This document shows positions 1 to 8,797 of a stretch of DNA of 64,000 nucleotides, piece by piece. Each line of letters opens with the position of its first letter. The first letter of the stretch is position 1. This DNA is from Gemmatimonadota bacterium (GTDB lineage Bacteria > Gemmatimonadota > Gemmatimonadetes > Gemmatimonadales > GWC2-71-9). Below the pieces are notes generated by a model that worked only from the letters and a program-made list of their open reading frames with translations, was not told where the DNA came from and made no database searches. The stretch covers positions 3,726 to 67,725 of the forward strand of contig QHUL01000052.1 of the NCBI GenBank assembly GCA_003222115.1. Direction: 5' to 3'. The position numbers were made by a program, and so were the translations under genes.

Positions 1-7
1 CAGGTAA

Positions 8-667
8 GTGGGCCAGAAAACGCATCCCTACGGGTTCCGGCTCGGGATCGTGAAGCAGTGGCGCTCGCGCTACTTCGCGCGCCGCAACTTCCCGGAGCTG
101 TTGAAGGAAGACGACCTGATCCGGAAATACCTGAAGACGAGGCTGTCGCACGCCGCCATCGCGGACGTGCACATCGAGCGCAAGCCGGGCAAGGTGACGG
201 TCACGGTCCACACGGGCCGCCCCGGCGTCGTGATCGGCAAGCGGGGCGCCGAGGTGGACAAGCTGCGCGACGAGCTGGCGCAGCTCACGGGCAAGGAAGT
301 GGGGATCAACGTCGAGGAGATCAAGCGGCCGGAGCTCGACGCCCAGCTCGTGGGAGACAGCGTGGCGCACCAGCTGACGCAGCGCATCTCGTTCCGGCGC
401 GCCATGAAGCGCGCCGTGCAGAGTGCGATGCGCATGGGGGCGCAGGGGATCAAGATCAAGACCGCCGGCCGGCTGGGCGGGGCGGAGATCGCGCGCACCG
501 AGGGCTATCACGAGGGGCGCGTGCCGCTGCACACGCTGCGCGCCGACGTGGACTACGCCACCTCCACCGCGAAGACGACGTACGGGACCATCGGGGTCAA
601 GGTGTGGATCTTCAAGGGCGAGCGCACCGAGGACCTGCACGGCCGCACCTATTCGACGGGCGTCTGA
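8..667 (+). CDS. rpsC: 30S ribosomal protein S3 (uS3)
   Basis: 219-aa ORF with a GTG start right after a TAA at 5-7, which ends the upstream gene. N-terminus [14 protein letters not shown] is typical of uS3. First gene of a colinear r-protein block. Confidence 0.95.
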   Translation: MGQKTHPYGFRLGIVKQWRSRYFARRNFPELLKEDDLIRKYLKTRLSHAAIADVHIERKPGKVTVTVHTGRPGVVIGKRGAEVDKLRDELAQLTGKEVGINVEEIKRPELDAQLVGDSVAHQLTQRISFRRAMKRAVQSAMRMGAQGIKIKTAGRLGGAEIARTEGYHEGRVPLHTLRADVDYATSTAKTTYGTIGVKVWIFKGERTEDLHGRTYSTGV

Positions 668-670
668 GCG

Positions 671-1084
671 ATGCTGGCACCGAAGCGCGTCAAGTTTCGC
701 AAGCGGTTCAAGGGCCGGACGTCGGGGATGGCGACGCGGGGCAACACGGTCGCGTTCGGCCAGTACGGGCTGATGGCGCTCGAGCCGGGCTGGATCTCGA
801 ACCGGCAGATCGAGGCGTCACGCGTGGCGCTCACGCGGGAGATGAAGCGGGGCGGCAAGGTGTGGATCCGGCTGTTTCCGGACAAGCCGATCACCAAGAA
901 GCCGGCCGAGACCCGCATGGGGAAGGGGAAGGGCAACCCCGAGGGATGGGTGGCCGTGGTGAAGCCGGGTCGCGTGATGTTCGAGGTGGAAGGGATCCCC
1001 GAGGCCGAGGCGCGTCTGGCGCTGGGGCTCGCGGCGGCCAAGCTGCCGATCAAGTCGAAGTTCGTGAGGCGGGAGGAGCGCTAG
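671..1084 (+). CDS. rplP: 50S ribosomal protein L16 (uL16)
   Basis: 137 aa. [11 protein letters not shown] start and [15 protein letters not shown] motif. Lies 3 nt after rpsC. Confidence 0.95.
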   Translation: MLAPKRVKFRKRFKGRTSGMATRGNTVAFGQYGLMALEPGWISNRQIEASRVALTREMKRGGKVWIRLFPDKPITKKPAETRMGKGKGNPEGWVAVVKPGRVMFEVEGIPEAEARLALGLAAAKLPIKSKFVRREER

Positions 1085-1085
1085 G

Positions 1086-1292
1086 ATGCCGAGGCAGAAG
1101 CCCGAGGCGCTGCGGGAGCTGTCGACCGACGAGCTGCAGCAGAAGCTCGCGGTCCTGACCGACGAGCGCTTCCGTCTGGCGTTCAAGCGCGCGACGGAGG
1201 CGGTCACGAACCCGCTGCAGTTCCGGGCGCTGCGGCGCGAGGTCGCGCGCATCAAGACCATTCTGCGGGAGCGGGAGAGGAAGCCGGCATGA
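1086..1292 (+). CDS. rpmC: 50S ribosomal protein L29 (uL29)
   Basis: 68-aa helical protein at the conserved position between rplP and rpsQ. Contains [13 protein letters not shown] and FRLAFKRA, an L29-like pattern. Confidence 0.9.
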   Translation: MPRQKPEALRELSTDELQQKLAVLTDERFRLAFKRATEAVTNPLQFRALRREVARIKTILRERERKPA

Positions 1293-1558
1293 CGGAGATG
1301 GAGCAGGAGGCGCGGGGCCAGCGCAAGGTCCGCACCGGGGTGGTGGTGAGCGACAAGCGGCAGAAGACCGTCACGGTCCTCCTGACGCGCCGCTTCGCCC
1401 ACGGATTCTACGGCAAGCAGATCGTGCGCACCAAGAAAGTCGCGGCCCACGACGAGCGTGGGGCGAAGCTGGGCGACACCGTGCGCATCGTGGAGACGCG
1501 GCCGCTGTCGAAGCTGAAGCGGTGGCGGGTGGTCGAGATCGTCGAGCGCGCGAAGTAG
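1289..1558 (+). CDS. rpsQ: 30S ribosomal protein S17 (uS17)
   Basis: 89 aa with a 4-nt overlap onto rpmC. Core [27 protein letters not shown] is typical of uS17. Confidence 0.9.
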   Translation: MTEMEQEARGQRKVRTGVVVSDKRQKTVTVLLTRRFAHGFYGKQIVRTKKVAAHDERGAKLGDTVRIVETRPLSKLKRWRVVEIVERAK

Positions 1559-1570
1559 GGCGGAGGGATC

Positions 1571-1939
1571 GTGATCCAGCAGGAATCGATCGTCAAGATT
1601 GCCGACAACTCGGGCGCGCGCAGCGCGCTCGTGATCCGCGTGCTCGGGGGCTCCAAGCGCCGCTACGGTGGGCTGGGCGACGTCGTCGTCGTCACGATCA
1701 AGGACGCCATCCCGACCGGGCAGATCAAGAAGGGCGAGGTGGTGCGGGCCGTCATCGTGCGGACCGCCAAGGAGACCAAGCGCAAGGATGGCTCGTACAT
1801 CCGGTTCGACGAGAACGCCGCGGTGCTCATCACCGACCAGGGCGAGCCCCGCGCGACCCGCATTTTCGGGCCGGTCGGGCGCGAGCTGCGCGAGAAGAAG
1901 TTCATGAAGATCGTGTCGCTCGCGCCGGAGGTGATCTGA
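1571..1939 (+). CDS. rplN: 50S ribosomal protein L14 (uL14)
   Basis: 122 aa. The [16 protein letters not shown] start is diagnostic of uL14. Confidence 0.95.
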   Translation: MIQQESIVKIADNSGARSALVIRVLGGSKRRYGGLGDVVVVTIKDAIPTGQIKKGEVVRAVIVRTAKETKRKDGSYIRFDENAAVLITDQGEPRATRIFGPVGRELREKKFMKIVSLAPEVI

Positions 1940-1940
1940 A

Positions 1941-2330
1941 ATGAAGCCGCTCGTCTTCAAGAAGAGCCGGCGCGCGCGGCGCACCGAGCGCGAGCCCGCG
2001 CGCCACAAGCTCCACGTCGCCAAGGGCGACCGGGTGCGCGTGATCCGCGGTGACGACCGCGGGCGCGAGGGCAAGGTCCTGCACGTGTACCCCAAGCAGT
2101 TCCGGGTGGTGGTCGAGGGCGTGAACGTCGTGAAGAAGCACAAGCGCGCCACGACCCCCCAGGGGGAGAGCGGGATCATCGAATTCCCGGCGCCGATCGC
2201 GGCGTCGAAGGTGATGCTGCTCGACCCGAAGTCGGGCCAGCCGACGCGGGTGCGCCGGCGCCGCGACAAGGACGGCACCATCGAGCGCGTGGCCGTCAAG
2301 TCGGGCCAACCGATCCAGCGGGTGAGATAG
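1941..2330 (+). CDS. rplX: 50S ribosomal protein L24 (uL24), with a basic N-terminal extension
   Basis: 129 aa. KOW core [19 protein letters not shown] is preceded by about 22 basic residues. Start lies 1 nt after the rplN stop. Confidence 0.9.
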   Translation: MKPLVFKKSRRARRTEREPARHKLHVAKGDRVRVIRGDDRGREGKVLHVYPKQFRVVVEGVNVVKKHKRATTPQGESGIIEFPAPIAASKVMLLDPKSGQPTRVRRRRDKDGTIERVAVKSGQPIQRVR

Positions 2331-2332
2331 CG

Positions 2333-3106
2333 ATGGCGGACCCGAAAGAGACCGAGGCCCAGGACCAGGGCCCCCCCGACCCCGGGGCCGGGCCGCCGAC
2401 TCCGGCTGCCGCGGCTGATCCTGCTGCCCCGCCGCAGCGTGAGCGGGCGCCGCGCAAGGAGAAGAAGGCCAAGAAGCCCGAGGGAGAGCGTGCCGCTGCG
2501 CGCGAGCCTGCGGGGCCGCCCCCGCCGCCCGCCGAGCCCGCCCCGCGGCCGCGCCTGCTCGACTACTACGAGCAGCGGGTCCGGGCGAAGCTCGCCCAGC
2601 AGTTCGGCTTCGGCAACGCGCACGAGATTCCGAAGCTCGTGAAGATCGTCCTGAACGTCGGGATGGGCGACGCGCCCAAGAACCCCAAGGGGTTGGAGGC
2701 CGCGGTCGCGGAGCTCGCCGCCATCACCGGCCAGCGGCCCGTGGTGACGCGTGCCAAGAAGGCGATCGCGAACTTCAACCTGCGGGAGGGGCAGGCGATC
2801 GGCTGCGCGGTGACGCTGCGCGGCGCCCGGATGTACGAGTTCCTGGATCGCTTCATCAGCATCGCGGTGCCGCGCATGCGGGACTTCCGGGGGCTCCCGA
2901 CCAAGAGCTTCGACGGGCGCGGCAACTACACCGTCGGGCTCAAGGAGCAGATGATTTTCCCGGAGATCGACTACGACAAGGTCGAGAAGATCCACGGGAT
3001 GGATATCACCCTCGTCACGACCGCCGGTCGCGACGACACGGCCTTGGCGTTGTTGCGGGAACTGGGCATGCCCTTCCGGGGCGAGGCCCCGGTGGCGGTC
3101 GGCTAG
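2333..3106 (+). CDS. rplE: 50S ribosomal protein L5 (uL5), with a ~73-aa Pro/Ala/Lys-rich N-terminal extension
   Basis: 257 aa. The uL5 core begins near [10 protein letters not shown] and includes [19 protein letters not shown] lies 2 nt after the rplX stop, and there is no alternative in-frame ATG/GTG/TTG before the core. Confidence 0.9.
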   Translation: MADPKETEAQDQGPPDPGAGPPTPAAAADPAAPPQRERAPRKEKKAKKPEGERAAAREPAGPPPPPAEPAPRPRLLDYYEQRVRAKLAQQFGFGNAHEIPKLVKIVLNVGMGDAPKNPKGLEAAVAELAAITGQRPVVTRAKKAIANFNLREGQAIGCAVTLRGARMYEFLDRFISIAVPRMRDFRGLPTKSFDGRGNYTVGLKEQMIFPEIDYDKVEKIHGMDITLVTTAGRDDTALALLRELGMPFRGEAPVAVG

Positions 3107-3116
3107 GAGGCCACGC

Positions 3117-3302
3117 ATGGCGAAGAAGTGCTGGATCGAGAGGGTCAAACGGAAGCCGAAATTCAAGGTGCGGGCCTACTACCGCTGCCAGCGCTGCGGC
3201 CGCAGTCGTGGGACGCTCCGCGCCTTCAAGCTGTGCCGCATCTGTTTCCGGGAGCTCGCGCTGCGTGGGGAGATCCCCGGCGTGCGCAAGGCCAGTTGGT
3301 AA
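3117..3302 (+). CDS. rpsN: 30S ribosomal protein S14, type Z (zinc-binding)
   Basis: 61 aa with two CxxC pairs (CQRCGR and CRICFRE). Canonical position between rplE and rpsH. Confidence 0.9.
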   Translation: MAKKCWIERVKRKPKFKVRAYYRCQRCGRSRGTLRAFKLCRICFRELALRGEIPGVRKASW

Positions 3303-3317
3303 CGAACGGAAGGTGAG

Positions 3318-3713
3318 ATGAACGTGATTGATCCCGTCGCCGACATGCTGACCCGCGTGCGCAACGCCTGCCAGGCTGGCCACCGGCGAGTGGACATGCC
3401 GGTGTCGAAGCTGAAGCTCGAGATCGCGCGCATCCTCCGTGACAACCACTACATCCAGGACTTCAAGGCCCTGGACGACGGGCGGCACGGACTGCTGCGA
3501 GTGTACCTCAAGTACCACAACGACGCCCCCGTCATCCGCGAGCTGGTGCGGGTGTCGGCGCCGGGGCTCCGGCGCTACGTGAAGGCGCGCGAGATCCCGC
3601 GCGTGAAGAACGGGCTGGGGATGGCCATCCTCAGCACCCCCCAGGGCGTCATGTCGGATCGCGAAGCGCGCACCGCCCACGTGGGCGGCGAGCTGCTCGC
3701 GGTGATCTGGTAG
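3318..3713 (+). CDS. rpsH: 30S ribosomal protein S8 (uS8)
   Basis: 131 aa. The DPVADMLTRVRNA start is typical of uS8. Confidence 0.95.
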   Translation: MNVIDPVADMLTRVRNACQAGHRRVDMPVSKLKLEIARILRDNHYIQDFKALDDGRHGLLRVYLKYHNDAPVIRELVRVSAPGLRRYVKAREIPRVKNGLGMAILSTPQGVMSDREARTAHVGGELLAVIW

Positions 3714-3724
3714 GAGGCGCCCCG

Positions 3725-4273
3725 ATGTCACGTATCGGCAGGCGCCCCGTCCCGCTCCCCCAGGGCGTCACCGCCCAGGTCGAGGGGCGGAAGATCACGG
3801 TCAAGGGACCGAAGGGCGAGATCAGCCGCACGATCCACCGTGACCTGACGATCGCGGTCGAGGACAGCACGGTCGTGGTACGCAGGCCGTCGGAGGAGGC
3901 TTATCACAAGGCGCTGCACGGTCTCACGCGCACCCTGGTCGCGAACATGGTGGAAGGGGTCACGAAGGGCTTCGCAAAGCGGCTCGAGATCCAGGGGGTC
4001 GGCTACAAGGCGGAGCCGAAGCCGTTCGGCGTGCAGCTCATCGTGGGCTTTTCGCACCCGGTCGCGTATCACGCGCCCCAGGGCGTCAAGATCTCGGTCG
4101 ACAACAATGTCCTCGTCAAGATCGAGGGCGTGGACAAGGAGCTGGTGGGCCAGGTGGCGGCCGAGATCCGCAACGTGCGGCCGCCCGAGCCGTACAAGGG
4201 GAAGGGCATCCGTTACGTGGGCGAGCAGGTTCGCCGCAAGGCGGGCAAGACGGCCCAGGCGGCCACGAAATGA
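3725..4273 (+). CDS. rplF: 50S ribosomal protein L6 (uL6)
   Basis: 182 aa. MSRIGRRPVPLPQGV start, with uL6 length and position. Confidence 0.95.
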   Translation: MSRIGRRPVPLPQGVTAQVEGRKITVKGPKGEISRTIHRDLTIAVEDSTVVVRRPSEEAYHKALHGLTRTLVANMVEGVTKGFAKRLEIQGVGYKAEPKPFGVQLIVGFSHPVAYHAPQGVKISVDNNVLVKIEGVDKELVGQVAAEIRNVRPPEPYKGKGIRYVGEQVRRKAGKTAQAATK

Positions 4274-4276
4274 GCC

Positions 4277-4648
4277 ATGCGATCGATCCATAAGATTCGG
4301 ACGCGGGAGCACCGCCGCGCCCGGCGGCGCCTGCGGGTCCGCAAGAAGGTGGTGGGGAGCGCCGGTCGCCCGCGGCTCGTCGTGTTCCGCTCGGCGAAGC
4401 ACGTCTACGCGCAGCTCGTGGACGATGCCCGCGGGATGACGCTCGCGGGCGCGTCGGATCGCTCCGAGGGCATCCACATCGACGGCAAGGGCAAGACCGC
4501 GAAGAGCTTCGCGCTGGGACAGCTGATCGCGGCCAAGGCAAAGGAGCGCGGTATCACCAAGGTCGTGTTCGACCGCGCGGGCTATCAATACCACGGGCGC
4601 GTGAAGGCGGTGGCCGACGGCGCCCGGAAAGGTGGATTGGAGTTTTAA
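4277..4648 (+). CDS. rplR: 50S ribosomal protein L18 (uL18)
   Basis: 123 aa. Motifs [18 protein letters not shown] and [14 protein letters not shown]. Confidence 0.9.
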   Translation: MRSIHKIRTREHRRARRRLRVRKKVVGSAGRPRLVVFRSAKHVYAQLVDDARGMTLAGASDRSEGIHIDGKGKTAKSFALGQLIAAKAKERGITKVVFDRAGYQYHGRVKAVADGARKGGLEF

Positions 4649-5415
4649 TGGAGAACGAACTGGAAAAGCCGGGAGGCGAGCCAGGCGAGGTCGCATCTGT
4701 GGGCGGGGGCGCCGGGGGCGCCGGGGGCGCCGGGGCCGCCGGGGGCGCCGCAGCGACCGGGGGAGCGGGGGGGACGGGGGCGCCTGCGGGGCCCGGGGGA
4801 AGCGGCGTGGAGCGTGCTGCGCCTCAGCAGCGGGGCAGGGGGCGCGGGCCGCGGGGCCGCGGTCGCGGCGGTCCCCGCCGCGACGAGGGCGGCGAGCGGC
4901 AGCGCGAGGGCGACGGCCTGGTCGAGAACGTGATCTCGATCAATCGCGTCGCCAAGGTCGTGAAGGGAGGCAGGCGCTTCGGATTCAATGCGCTCGTCGC
5001 AGTCGGCGACGGCCAGGGCCGCGTCGGGATCGCGACCGGGAAGGCGAACGAGGTCAGCGAGGCGGTGCGCAAGGCCGTGGAGGCCGCACGCCGCAACATG
5101 GTGGAGATGCCGCTCACCGGCGGCACGATCCCCCATGAGATCATCGGCCACCACGGAGCGGGCCGGGTGCTCCTCAAGCCGGCGGCGTCGGGGACCGGCG
5201 TGATCGCCGGCGGGCCCGTGCGCGCGGTGCTCGAGTGCGCCGGCGTGCGCGACATCCTGACCAAGAGCTTGGGCTCGACCAACCCGCACAACATGGTGCG
5301 CGCCACGATGGACGGGCTGGCCCGACTCACCACGCCGCGGCGGGTGGCGAAGGAGCGGGGGGTGGAGCTCGACACCATCGCCTACAAGCCGCGCCAGGAG
5401 GCCGCGCGTGGCTAG
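4648..5415 (+). CDS. rpsE: 30S ribosomal protein S5 (uS5), with a ~88-aa Gly/Ala- and RG-rich N-terminal extension
   Basis: 255 aa. The uS5 core starts near [27 protein letters not shown]. Start overlaps the rplR stop as TAATG. Confidence 0.9.
   Translation: MENELEKPGGEPGEVASVGGGAGGAGGAGAAGGAAATGGAGGTGAPAGPGGSGVERAAPQQRGRGRGPRGRGRGGPRRDEGGERQREGDGLVENVISINRVAKVVKGGRRFGFNALVAVGDGQGRVGIATGKANEVSEAVRKAVEAARRNMVEMPLTGGTIPHEIIGHHGAGRVLLKPAASGTGVIAGGPVRAVLECAGVRDILTKSLGSTNPHNMVRATMDGLARLTTPRRVAKERGVELDTIAYKPRQEAARG
4705..4749 (+). repeat. Five tandem copies of a 9-nt unit (GGGGGCGCC; the fourth copy is GGGGCCGCC) inside rpsE
   Basis: Read directly from the sequence: gggggcgcc gggggcgcc gggggcgcc ggggccgcc gggggcgcc. 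In frame, it encodes the Gly/Ala run of the S5 extension. Confidence 0.85.
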
Positions 5416-5674
5416 GAAGCCCCCGAAGCGCAAGTACCGCAAGCGCAAGCCGGGGCGCGATCCGGCCCTGCCGCCGGTTGGGAAGGGCCCGCTCCGCATC
5501 AAGCAGGTCCGCTCGGCGATCGGGCGCGCGGCTCCGTTGCGGCGCACGCTGGAAGCCCTGGGGCTCCAGCATCATCAGGACGTCGTGGTGCAGCCGGATC
5601 ACCCGGCCATCCGCGGCATGCTCCACCAGGTGCGGCACCTCGTCGAGGTGACACCGGAGGGGAAGGGGAGCTAG
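5408..5674 (+). CDS. rpmD: 50S ribosomal protein L30 (uL30), with a basic N-terminal extension
   Basis: 88 aa. Core [28 protein letters not shown] start overlaps the rpsE end by 8 nt. The exact start is uncertain. Confidence 0.8.
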   Translation: MARKPPKRKYRKRKPGRDPALPPVGKGPLRIKQVRSAIGRAAPLRRTLEALGLQHHQDVVVQPDHPAIRGMLHQVRHLVEVTPEGKGS

Positions 5675-5677
5675 GCT

Positions 5678-6151
5678 ATGGCGAAGGCGAAAGCGAAGGA
5701 GGCGGTCGAGTCCCTGAAGCTGCATCACCTGCGGCCGCCGCGGGGCTCGCACCGCGCGCGCATCCGCAAGGGCCGCGGTCCGGGTTCAGGGATCGGTAAG
5801 ACGGCCGGCCGGGGAGGAAAGGGGCAGACGGCGCGGACCGGCGGCCAGACTCGCCCCGGATTCGAGGGCGGCCAGATGCCGCTCATCCGGCGCATCCCCA
5901 AGCGCGGCTTCACGAACCCGTTCCGGCAGCCTGCGCAAGTGGTCAACGTGCGGCACCTGGCGAAGCTCGCCGACGGGGTCGAGGTGACTCCCGACACGCT
6001 GTTCGGCGCCGGGCTGGTGCGCCGGCCGGACCATCCCGTCAAGCTGCTCGGCATGGGCGACGTGGCCCGGAAGTTCGTCATCAAGGGCGTCGCCGTCTCG
6101 GCCTCCGCCCGGACGAAGATCGAGCAGGCCGGCGGCACGATCGAGGGCTGA
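5678..6151 (+). CDS. rplO: 50S ribosomal protein L15 (uL15)
   Basis: 157 aa. Contains the uL15 motif LHHLRPPRGSHRARIRKGRGPGSGIGKTAGRGGKGQ. Confidence 0.9.
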   Translation: MAKAKAKEAVESLKLHHLRPPRGSHRARIRKGRGPGSGIGKTAGRGGKGQTARTGGQTRPGFEGGQMPLIRRIPKRGFTNPFRQPAQVVNVRHLAKLADGVEVTPDTLFGAGLVRRPDHPVKLLGMGDVARKFVIKGVAVSASARTKIEQAGGTIEG

Positions 6152-6155
6152 TCCC

Positions 6156-7469
6156 GTGACTGCGCCCCAGATTCCCAATCTCTTCAAGGTCCCGGAGCTG
6201 AAGGAGAAGATTCTCTTCACGCTCCTCTGCCTCCTCGTCTATCGTACCGGGGCGCACATCGCGACCCCGGGCGTGAACGTGCAGGCGCTCGCCGACTTCC
6301 TCCGGAACGCCGGGCAGGGCACGCTGTTCAGCCTGTACGACCTGTTCGCGGGCGGGGGCTTCTCGCGTGCGACGGTGTTCGCGCTCGGCATCATGCCCTA
6401 CATCTCGGCGAGCATCGTGTTCCAGCTCGCGGGTCCGGTGTTCCCCGTGATCGAGAAGATGCAGCGGGACGAGGAAGGGCGGAAAACGCTCACGCAGTGG
6501 ACCCGCTACCTCACCGTGGCGCTGTGCCTCTTCCAGAGCTACGGGTTCGCGATCTTCACCGAGCAGCTCCCCGGGGCGGTGGCGCATGCCGGCTGGGGCT
6601 TCCGGTTCACCACGGTGCTCACGCTCACGACGGGCGGCATCTTCATCATGTGGCTGGGCGAGCAGATCACCGAGCGGGGCATCGGGAACGGCATGAGCCT
6701 GCTCATCTTCTTCTCGATCATCGAGCGCATCTGGCCCGAGACGCTGCGCACGTTCGAAGCGCTCCGGGCCGGATCGCTCACGCTGCCCGTGCTGCTCGTG
6801 GTGCTCGTCGTGATGCTGTGCGTCGTCGCGGGGACGGTGGCGGTGACCGTGGCGGCCCGCCGCATCCCCATCCAGATCCCGCGGAAGGTGATGGGGCGCG
6901 GGCGGATTCGCGAGGGTCAGAAGACCTTCATCCCGCTGCGCATCAATTCGTCGGGCGTGATGCCGATCATCTTCGCGCAGTCGCTGATCATCGTGCCCGG
7001 AACGGTGGCGACCTTCAGCGGCGTGGCCTGGCTGAAGCGCTTCGCGGAATACTTCTCGGTGACCTCGCCGTGGTACGTGCTGTCGAGCGCGGTGCTGATC
7101 GTCTTCTTCGCGTACTTCTACACCTCGATCATCTTCAACCCGGTCGACCTGGCCGAGAACCTGAAGAAGCAGGGCGGCTTCATCCCGGGCGTGAAGCCCG
7201 GCGCCGCCACCGCCGACTACATCGAGGACGTGCTGTCCCGCATCACGCTCCCCGGGGCGCTGTTCCTGACCGTGGTGGCGATGCTGCCGATCGTGGTGTC
7301 GAACGTGCTCAACATGCCGTTCGGCTTCGGCGGCACCGCCCTGCTGATCGTCGTCGGCGTCGCGCTCGACACCGTGCAGCAGGTGCAGCAGCACCTGCTG
7401 CTGCGGCACTACGACGGGTTCATGAAGGAGGGCCGGGTCAAGTTCCGCGGGCGTCAGCGCTACATGTAG
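6156..7469 (+). CDS. secY: Preprotein translocase subunit SecY
   Basis: 437 aa, multi-TM. Contains LFTLLCLLVYRTGAHIATPG and GIMPYISASIVFQL. Canonical position after rplO. Confidence 0.95.
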   Translation: MTAPQIPNLFKVPELKEKILFTLLCLLVYRTGAHIATPGVNVQALADFLRNAGQGTLFSLYDLFAGGGFSRATVFALGIMPYISASIVFQLAGPVFPVIEKMQRDEEGRKTLTQWTRYLTVALCLFQSYGFAIFTEQLPGAVAHAGWGFRFTTVLTLTTGGIFIMWLGEQITERGIGNGMSLLIFFSIIERIWPETLRTFEALRAGSLTLPVLLVVLVVMLCVVAGTVAVTVAARRIPIQIPRKVMGRGRIREGQKTFIPLRINSSGVMPIIFAQSLIIVPGTVATFSGVAWLKRFAEYFSVTSPWYVLSSAVLIVFFAYFYTSIIFNPVDLAENLKKQGGFIPGVKPGAATADYIEDVLSRITLPGALFLTVVAMLPIVVSNVLNMPFGFGGTALLIVVGVALDTVQQVQQHLLLRHYDGFMKEGRVKFRGRQRYM

Positions 7470-7475
7470 CGGCGC

Positions 7476-8039
7476 GTGTTCATTCTCCTTCTCGGCGCTC
7501 CCGGCTCGGGCAAAGGCACGCAGGGCAAGATCCTGGCGGAGCACCTGGGGCTCCCCAAGATCACCACCGGCGACATCCTCCGCGCTGCCGTCCAAACGGG
7601 CACCGAGCTCGGCCGCGAGGCGAAGAAGTTCATGGACGAGGGGAAGCTCGTACCCGATTCGGTGGTCCTCGGCCTCATCAAGGCGGAGCTCGACAAGCCC
7701 GAGGCGAAGGACGGCGCCATCTTCGACGGCTTCCCCCGGACGGCCGCTCAGGCGCAGCTCGTCGACCAGACGCTGGGCGAGCGGGGCCAGCGCCTGACCC
7801 GGGTGTTGCTGTTCGACGTGCCCGAGGAGGAGCTGATCCGGCGCATGCTCGCCCGTGCGGCTCAGGAACGGCGCTCCGACGACACCCCCGAGGCCATCAG
7901 GACCAGGCTCCAGGTGTATCAGCGGGACACGGCGCCGCTGGTCGCGCACTACGCGCAGCGGGGCGTGATGCACCGCGTGCCGGGGGCGGGCACGATCGAG
8001 GATATCGCGACGGAGATCAAGCGCGTCATCGGGCGATGA
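7476..8039 (+). CDS. adk: Adenylate kinase (short-LID type, no zinc-finger lid)
   Basis: 187 aa. P-loop GAPGSGKGTQ and GFPRT motif. The LID region is short and has no Cys. Confidence 0.95.
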   Translation: MFILLLGAPGSGKGTQGKILAEHLGLPKITTGDILRAAVQTGTELGREAKKFMDEGKLVPDSVVLGLIKAELDKPEAKDGAIFDGFPRTAAQAQLVDQTLGERGQRLTRVLLFDVPEEELIRRMLARAAQERRSDDTPEAIRTRLQVYQRDTAPLVAHYAQRGVMHRVPGAGTIEDIATEIKRVIGR

Positions 8040-8797
8040 TCACGATCAAGTCGGCGCGGGAGATCGAGACGATGGCCGCCGCCGGCCGGATCGTCGCGGG
8101 CACGCTCGCGCTGGTCGCCCGCCACGTCCACGCCGGCGTCTCCACCGCGGAGCTGGACCGGCTCGCCGAAGAGTTCATCCGCAGCCATCCCGGCGCCCGG
8201 CCGTCCTTCAAGGGGCTGTACGACTTCCCGGCCACCCTCTGCACCTCGATCAATCAGGAGGTGGTCCACGGGATCCCCTCCCGACAGCGCGTCCTCAGGG
8301 CGGGCGACGTCCTCAGCGTGGACGTGGGCGTGTGGCTCGAGGGGCTCCACGCCGACTCCGCCGCCACGTTCCCCGTGGGCGACGTCGGCGACCAGGCGCG
8401 GCGCCTGCTCCGAGTGACGCAGGAGGCGCTCGCCGCGGGGATCGCCCAGGCCCGGGCCGGTCAACACGTCGGCGACATCGGGCACGCGGTGCAGCAGGTC
8501 GCGGAGGGAGCGGGATACTCGGTGGTGCGGGAGCTCGTGGGCCACGGCATCGGCGCGAGCTTCCATGAGGAGCCCCAGGTGCCGAACTACGGCAAGCCCA
8601 AACGGGGTCCGCGCCTCGTGTCGGGGATGACGCTGGCGATCGAGCCGATGGTGAACGTGGGCGGCCCGGAGATCCGGACGCTGGACGACAAATGGACCGT
8701 CGTGACGCAGGACGGGTTGCTCTCCGCCCACTTCGAGCACACGGTGGCGATCCTGGAGAACGGCGGGCCGCCCCGGATCCTCACGACGGCGAACTGA
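8036..8797 (+). CDS. map: Type I methionine aminopeptidase
   Basis: This is the last 253 aa of track ORF 6497..8797. ATG overlaps the adk stop as ATGA. Contains MITIKSAREIETMAAAG, VVHGIP and the FEHTVAI motif. Confidence 0.95.
   Translation: MITIKSAREIETMAAAGRIVAGTLALVARHVHAGVSTAELDRLAEEFIRSHPGARPSFKGLYDFPATLCTSINQEVVHGIPSRQRVLRAGDVLSVDVGVWLEGLHADSAATFPVGDVGDQARRLLRVTQEALAAGIAQARAGQHVGDIGHAVQQVAEGAGYSVVRELVGHGIGASFHEEPQVPNYGKPKRGPRLVSGMTLAIEPMVNVGGPEIRTLDDKWTVVTQDGLLSAHFEHTVAILENGGPPRILTTAN

Noticed and set aside
818-3166. 782-aa minus-strand ORF, the longest ORF in the first 5 kb
   Set aside because: It lies exactly antisense to six recognisable ribosomal protein genes. Its composition is Arg/Pro/Gly-rich and low-complexity, as expected from reading a high-GC coding strand backwards. 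No family motif is present.
4705-4749. Short direct repeats considered as a CRISPR or VNTR locus
   Set aside because: The units are contiguous 9-mers with no spacers and lie in frame inside rpsE. This is a coding microsatellite, not a CRISPR array. No CRISPR-like repeat-spacer structure occurs anywhere in the window.
6081-7973. 630-aa minus-strand ORF
   Set aside because: It is antisense to secY and adk, both of which are unambiguous. It is a typical GC-artefact ORF.
6497-8797. 766-aa plus-strand ORF spanning secY, adk and map
   Set aside because: Only the last 253 codons, from the ATG at 8036, encode a recognisable protein (methionine aminopeptidase). The upstream part is an off-frame read-through of secY and adk.
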